Shown here: piece after piece, positions 57,092-64,000 of the stretch
Layout of the letters: each line of letters begins with the position of its first letter
How positions within the stretch are numbered: the first letter of the stretch is position 1
Assembly: GCA_002787535.1 (NCBI GenBank)
Contig: PCXB01000050.1
Location: forward strand, 8,205 to 72,204
DNA from: Deltaproteobacteria bacterium CG11_big_fil_rev_8_21_14_0_20_45_16
GTDB taxonomy: Bacteria; Bdellovibrionota; UBA2394
Reading direction: 5' to 3'
DNA length: 64,000 nucleotides
Program-made: the position numbers and the translations under genes
The notes under the pieces: generated by a model
The model's database searches: none
Told to the model about the DNA's origin: nothing
Seen by the model: the letters and a program-made list of their open reading frames with translations, nothing else

Positions 57092-57114
57092 TCACAGTTT
57101 TTGAAATTCAATCT

Positions 57115-57146
57115 AAAAAAGGGAGATCTGAGATCTCCCTTTTTTT
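57115..57146. terminator. Bidirectional intrinsic terminator
   Basis: aaaaaa-GGGAGATC-tga-GATCTCCC-ttttttt forms a perfect 8-bp GC-rich stem flanked by an A-run and a T-run. It lies between the convergent dsbA-like gene (+) and purA (-). Confidence 0.8.
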
Positions 57147-57162
57147 ATTGCCACAAGTAGTG

Positions 57163-59396
<2,234 letters not shown>

Positions 59397-59449
59397 GACA
59401 AGTTGAGTTTTACTGGCCTTCAGACGCGCAAGCAAGATAAAGGGAATTT

Positions 59450-59842
59450 ATGGATCGGGCATTGATTTGGAAAACTTTAAAGCTAGAGGCCACAAAGTAT
59501 TCAGGCCTCCGCTTGCCCAAGGTTCAGTCCGCCGTACGACCTCAGAGTCTGGTTTTTGTGCTCCAAGCCCACGAGGCTTCAAAATATGCGGAGCTTGTAA
59601 AAAGTCTTAAGACTGCCCTTTCTGAACAGTTGAATTTTAATGTTTTGGAGGATTGTAAGTGTGAAGACACTTCAACCGCGGAATTGCCCGAAGCCGACGT
59701 CCGACTGGTATTTGGAGATCGTGGTATTGAGAGGCGATCCGCTGATATATTGGAAGCCCCCAGTCTTCATGATCTTAGTACTAACCGACTTCGAAAAAAG
59801 GAACTTTGGGAGCGCTTGAAAGCCTTGGCTTCAGTTAACTGA
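59450..59842 (+). CDS. Hypothetical protein
   Basis: 130 aa ORF with no motifs. Confidence 0.35.
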   Translation: MDRALIWKTLKLEATKYSGLRLPKVQSAVRPQSLVFVLQAHEASKYAELVKSLKTALSEQLNFNVLEDCKCEDTSTAELPEADVRLVFGDRGIERRSADILEAPSLHDLSTNRLRKKELWERLKALASVN

Positions 59843-59850
59843 AGAGAGAA

Positions 59851-60810
59851 TTACTTCAGGTAGACGGCCGACTGCCATTGAGCACCTTTCAAATCCGTCA
59901 AGCTGCTGGCTGCCTGATTGGTCAACGTGAATTGACTCTGTCGTGTTCCGTTTGTGAACATATGTTTTTCGATCAAATAGGATCGACCATTCGCATCAGC
60001 AGAAAGGCCGGGAATTAGGGGTAAAATTTCAGTTTGTTGTTTGAGATCGTAAATCCAGCACTTTGAAGTTTCGTCATAATTTAGATCAAGATTTGAAGCA
60101 TCAAGCGAACGAAACTCCACACAGGTCGAGAAAACAAAGGCTTCTCTCGCCCCATTAAGCTTCTCAGACAGTCCCGTCACGATGCCATTAGCTGTCGAAT
60201 GTCTCGTATAAAGATTGTGATAGTCAGATTTCCTGTTCTTATATTCCATCCGTACGCGATTAGAATCAAAGTCCACAATTCGTCGAAGGAGTATAAAAAA
60301 GCGATACTGTATTCTATCGGCCTTGCTTGGTTCTGTCGCGAAAGCGATGCTAGAAATTGGAATATTCAATGTCTTGCTGCCGGTCAGTTCGTAGGCCGAA
60401 ATATAATTAGGGTGGTAGTCAAAAAATATTTCTTGGCCACCTAGTTCAATATAGACAATCTTCGAGTTCACGGCTCGATTATCAAACTCTAATCGGAATG
60501 AATCCGAAGTTTTGACGAGGTATTGCGACCTTCTTTCAACAAGTTCCTCGGTTTTTCGGGTGTAATTATCTACCAGCTCAGCATGCTTTTCCATAACCGA
60601 CAAAATTGGCTTAAAGATGCTTGTGGTTTCACCCCCAACATACCCAGTCTGCATGCTAACTTCTCGGTTCGATCGCATAAAAGTTCGCATCGGCGTTGGG
60701 AGGATGCCGCGAGATTTGTAGGTTTCGGGCAAAGCTAAATCATACTGAACGTTGGAGGTTTCCAGTGAAGGAATTTGCATTAAAATTAGGTATAAAAAAC
60801 TTGAAATCAT
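59851..60810 (-). CDS. Hypothetical secreted protein
   Basis: 319 aa with a hydrophobic N-terminus. No known motifs. Confidence 0.45.
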   Translation of the reverse strand: MISSFLYLILMQIPSLETSNVQYDLALPETYKSRGILPTPMRTFMRSNREVSMQTGYVGGETTSIFKPILSVMEKHAELVDNYTRKTEELVERRSQYLVKTSDSFRLEFDNRAVNSKIVYIELGGQEIFFDYHPNYISAYELTGSKTLNIPISSIAFATEPSKADRIQYRFFILLRRIVDFDSNRVRMEYKNRKSDYHNLYTRHSTANGIVTGLSEKLNGAREAFVFSTCVEFRSLDASNLDLNYDETSKCWIYDLKQQTEILPLIPGLSADANGRSYLIEKHMFTNGTRQSQFTLTNQAASSLTDLKGAQWQSAVYLK

Positions 60811-60986
60811 CGAAACGGCCTTTAGCAGCTTTTATACCAAATTGCGACAGGCTTGTCGCGCTTTGCGGACTTTTGGTCGCAGTTCCTTTAAACAGATCCT
60901 AACATGCTGAAACCATTAACTAAGTTGCTAAGATTAAGCGCCAATTCGGGGCACCCAACTTGCACCTTTCGAGGCTTGGTGCCCCT

Positions 60987-63900
60987 TTGAGAAAAATTTT
61001 AGCCGCTAGCCTTGTGTTCAGTCTTTTTAGCATTCCGGCGTCTCTGCCTGCCCAACAGGCAGATTTTGGGATCGTATTTAGGCCTGATTTTATTCGTACA
61101 ACGATTCCACAAGCAGCACCGGCCTATTTTGAATTGGAATTCGTAAAGCGAAGCATGGTCTCAGAACTGACCAAAGCGTTGCGTGCGGCGGAGTTCGAGA
61201 TCACAACTGACGAGGATGGCACCACATCGGCTAAGCCTTACAATGTTCAGAATCAGACTACGGTGAACGTGGGTCAGAAAATTCTGAATGAAACCGTGTT
61301 GGAAGATCCTGAGAGACAGATCTGGGTAACTCGACGGGAGCATTTTCGAAATCAGTTAGAAAGATCATTGAGGGCGCCTCAGATGCAGCTGCCGGACCAG
61401 GCAATCAGAGATTATCTTCAGGCTTTTGATGATTTTATGGAAGACCTTAAAAACTGGGAATTGATTGTTGATTACCAGCTTGAGGTAAAACCCAATTTCG
61501 AATGGATTAGTATCGAGTCTATAATTCCCAGGGATCCCGGTTCGTCACTTGAAAGCGCGCTAGTGATGGAAAATCAAATCGAGTTGAGACTTAATCCTGT
61601 TATTCATGTGAAGTCGATTACCGGAGTTTTGAGAAATCCAGTTACAAGTCAAACTGTCGATTTGGATTTATTTCCAGAATACAATGAAAATTGGGAGATC
61701 GACGGACTTAAAGTCGAGCTCGATGCTCCGGTCACCATAGATATTCGTCATCCCACTCAGAAGGTTCGTATTGATTTGGCGCCGATTCCTGATCTTTCTG
61801 CCGATCAAATGAATGAGACTAATTATTATCGGCATCGCCCTGTTCGTACAAACCTTGTTGAAGAGAAGGATGAAAGCGGAGAAATTTTGCATCCAGGAGT
61901 AAGACTGCGCCAAGACGATGTTGATGTTTTTCTCAATCGGTTTTTCAGGTCGGACCGATTGGACACGGTTCTTGGGCAAATTTTTCCTCGTCCTGGGGAA
62001 TTCCTAGGTTCACCAAGCGACCCTAGTCAAAAGGCTTTGTTAGAAGATATGTTAGCGGCCACTTCTGAGTTGGCCTTTCAGGCCATAAAAAATCATAAGG
62101 TTAAAATATTGGTCTGGTTGGAGCTCAATAACGAGACTGGGGAGTTGGATACACATGCCATACTGGCAGAATCTCAAAGCCGAGAGGCAGAAAGATTGAG
62201 CCAACTGCGAGGGGGAGAGATTCCAGGGTTTCAGCTAGTAGGAGAATTTATATCAGAACTTTCGCTTAGCCCGGAGAAAGTGCGGGTTGGCTACTCTCTC
62301 AACAGAGTTGTTGATCCTTCCACTGGATTGCCTCTTTGGGATTTTGCCAATGGCGAATGGTTTTACCAACGCGAAGCCTATATCAAAATTGATCTTCCCC
62401 CGGAATTTACAAGCGATTGGAAGATCCTATCCGCCTTTGTTCCCGAAGCTCTCGTTAACGATGACAAAAATAATATTGCTAACAATGTCCTAGATTCCGT
62501 CAATGGTATGAATCTGGCTGATGGGAAGGACTCAAGATTTTCGATGACTGTTCAATGGCCTGATTTGGGCAAAGATGTTTCGGATCTTGAGGTTCGACTT
62601 CCATTTGAAATTGAAAGAACCGAACAAGGCTTGGATGCTCTTAAACCCGTTGTAGATCAACTCTATTTGGTGACCCCAGCCTTATCTGAGACAAGCTTTG
62701 GTGCGCTTGAGGTTTGGCTCGATTCGACTCTTGATCCCATTCGAATTGACGGACGTTCCAGTCTTTCCTGGGTGGAGCAATTCGAGGATCAATTTAGTTT
62801 AATTATTGAGCATCTCTATTATCTTACTCCTGAGGTTGCTAAAGAGAAAATTCAGACGGAGCTATCCGGAAAAATTAAAGAAGGTGTGCTGGGAATTAAT
62901 CGGCGTGTCGTTACGCCAGATAGTAGCTTTGATCTATCAATAGTGAACTTTGATCTAGATGAGAATTCGCTCTTTATTGATTGGTTTGCTTCGGAGTTAA
63001 ATGGCGTGAATATTAAACCCGTGGATATTACTCAATTGCCAGCGGCTTATGCCGCCATGCTTGGCACAGACGCTCTGCAGGAAATCGCGATCAAGGTTCG
63101 GCTACCTTCGGAAATGAGATTACGGATTACTAATCTTATTTCTCCCGACGCGGATATTGGAGGCATTGAGTTTAGTCTCCGCGCTCAGGGCGAGCCCGAA
63201 TTGGAAATGTATTTGCGAGTAACTCAGGACGCCTATGGAAATGGTCAAGTTATTCCTGAGTTTCACAATATTGATCATGTTATTTCTCAGTATTCGCTCG
63301 TCAAAGGTGAGAAGCCAGAGAATGGAGGCATAGCCGCCTGGGGGGTGGTTGTGCATTTTGCGCCAAGCAGTGTAGGGGATGGTGCTTATGATATGGCGGC
63401 CGTTGTAGGCGATAGAGTTAGTTCGGGCTTAGGTGTTCTAGGATTTTTCGGCTCAGTTTTCGCTCCCAACAATTGGTTTGGGAATAGGCTTATCCGCCCT
63501 CTTTCCGGCGGTGCTAGCTTAGCAGCAAAGGCTTGGAATACAGGCTTAGAAGTTCCGGCCATCGAAGAGAAGTTAGAGGAGCAATTATTTAATTTACGTC
63601 TCGCTATGGGGCCAATTCTTGTCAATGCCGTCATTGCTCAAGCCAATGGAGATAGAGAATTTAATTTCGAGGAGTTCTTAAAAAGAATTCAGGCGGGGGA
63701 TTTTAGGTTGCTTCGATCCACTGAGTATTCTGTAAGAGATTTTCATTCGGACTTGGCCCTTGAGTTAAATGGTCCAGTTAGGATAGATCCCGGATCGACG
63801 GTGAGGATATCGGACGATCGCGCTGAAGAGATTCTGGCAGATTTGTCAGCATACGAAATTCCCGTTATGGATGATGAGGGTAAGATTCATATTTTTATTC

Positions 63901-64000
63901 AGCGATCTGACGGTAGTTTTTTTAATGAACGAGCTTGGAAAAGTTCACCCGTTGGTCAGGTCTTCAGTATGTATCGAAATGAAATTGGTCGAGTGGAGGA
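60987..64000 (+). CDS. Large secreted protein of unknown function (>1000 aa), 3'-truncated by window end
   Basis: Manual translation in frame 0 from TTG at 60987 runs with no stop codon through position 64000 (>1000 codons). The N-terminus (M)RKILAASLVFSLFSIPASLPAQQA is a classic signal peptide. The ORF track omitted it because it has no in-window stop. Confidence 0.6.
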   Translation, partial: MRKILAASLVFSLFSIPASLPAQQADFGIVFRPDFIRTTIPQAAPAYFELEFVKRSMVSELTKALRAAEFEITTDEDGTTSAKPYNVQNQTTVNVGQKILNETVLEDPERQIWVTRREHFRNQLERSLRAPQMQLPDQAIRDYLQAFDDFMEDLKNWELIVDYQLEVKPNFEWISIESIIPRDPGSSLESALVMENQIELRLNPVIHVKSITGVLRNPVTSQTVDLDLFPEYNENWEIDGLKVELDAPVTIDIRHPTQKVRIDLAPIPDLSADQMNETNYYRHRPVRTNLVEEKDESGEILHPGVRLRQDDVDVFLNRFFRSDRLDTVLGQIFPRPGEFLGSPSDPSQKALLEDMLAATSELAFQAIKNHKVKILVWLELNNETGELDTHAILAESQSREAERLSQLRGGEIPGFQLVGEFISELSLSPEKVRVGYSLNRVVDPSTGLPLWDFANGEWFYQREAYIKIDLPPEFTSDWKILSAFVPEALVNDDKNNIANNVLDSVNGMNLADGKDSRFSMTVQWPDLGKDVSDLEVRLPFEIERTEQGLDALKPVVDQLYLVTPALSETSFGALEVWLDSTLDPIRIDGRSSLSWVEQFEDQFSLIIEHLYYLTPEVAKEKIQTELSGKIKEGVLGINRRVVTPDSSFDLSIVNFDLDENSLFIDWFASELNGVNIKPVDITQLPAAYAAMLGTDALQEIAIKVRLPSEMRLRITNLISPDADIGGIEFSLRAQGEPELEMYLRVTQDAYGNGQVIPEFHNIDHVISQYSLVKGEKPENGGIAAWGVVVHFAPSSVGDGAYDMAAVVGDRVSSGLGVLGFFGSVFAPNNWFGNRLIRPLSGGASLAAKAWNTGLEVPAIEEKLEEQLFNLRLAMGPILVNAVIAQANGDREFNFEEFLKRIQAGDFRLLRSTEYSVRDFHSDLALELNGPVRIDPGSTVRISDDRAEEILADLSAYEIPVMDDEGKIHIFIQRSDGSFFNERAWKSSPVGQVFSMYRNEIGRVE

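Overview
This 64 kb window is a gene-dense bacterial chromosomal segment of about 47-48% GC with roughly 60 protein genes on both strands. Most of it is housekeeping, interleaved with secreted or envelope proteins and signalling genes. A small accessory patch lies next to a tRNA.

Conserved blocks, in window order:
- A type II secretion cluster, gspC-gspD-gspE-gspF plus the start of a gspG-like pseudopilin, on the minus strand at 1-7077.
- A fusion of a VKOR-like membrane oxidoreductase with a DsbA domain, divergent from gspC.
- A cyclic-di-GMP module with an FHA-GGDEF cyclase and two PilZ receptors, flanked by an M23 peptidase and a NYN-domain protein.
- tRNA-Cys at 11833-11903.
- ilvE and the gatCAB operon.
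- fadA-fadB, a GT2-TPR glycosyltransferase and lepA.
- A translationally coupled pyrB-carA-X-carB unit carrying an unknown inserted gene.
- greA, recG, a DsbA-like lipoprotein, purA and a serA-like dehydrogenase.
- A secreted ORF of more than 1000 codons that runs off the 3' end of the window and was missed by the ORF track.

The most interesting signals are these:
- tRNA-Cys is followed by 36-bp direct repeats of its own 3' end. A roughly 3.1 kb islet at about 11.9-15.07 kb is bounded by imperfect direct repeats built from a T-arm-like box plus a conserved hairpin, and that hairpin has a third copy at 44.8 kb. The islet carries a winged-helix/AbiEii-like nucleotidyltransferase pair, with a palindromic candidate operator, and an FG-GAP propeller protein.
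- A second, minimal AbiEii-like nucleotidyltransferase is coupled to an XRE-HTH protein at 31.2-32.2 kb behind a near-consensus promoter.
- A RAYT/IS200-like Y1-transposase gene is flanked by perfect 27-bp inverted repeats. It has truncated a MATE transporter gene and fused onto the 3' end of a hydrolase gene.
- A lipoprotein signal peptide is frameshifted into an acidic cysteine-rich ORF.
- A secreted metzincin ends in a GGGGGCS-TM-basic C-terminal sorting-like tail.

No CRISPR array, rRNA or phage structural genes were seen. Gene content (many PilZ proteins, a Ser/Thr kinase, secreted proteases) loosely suggests a Bdellovibrio-like or deltaproteobacterial predator or relative, but this is only an impression.
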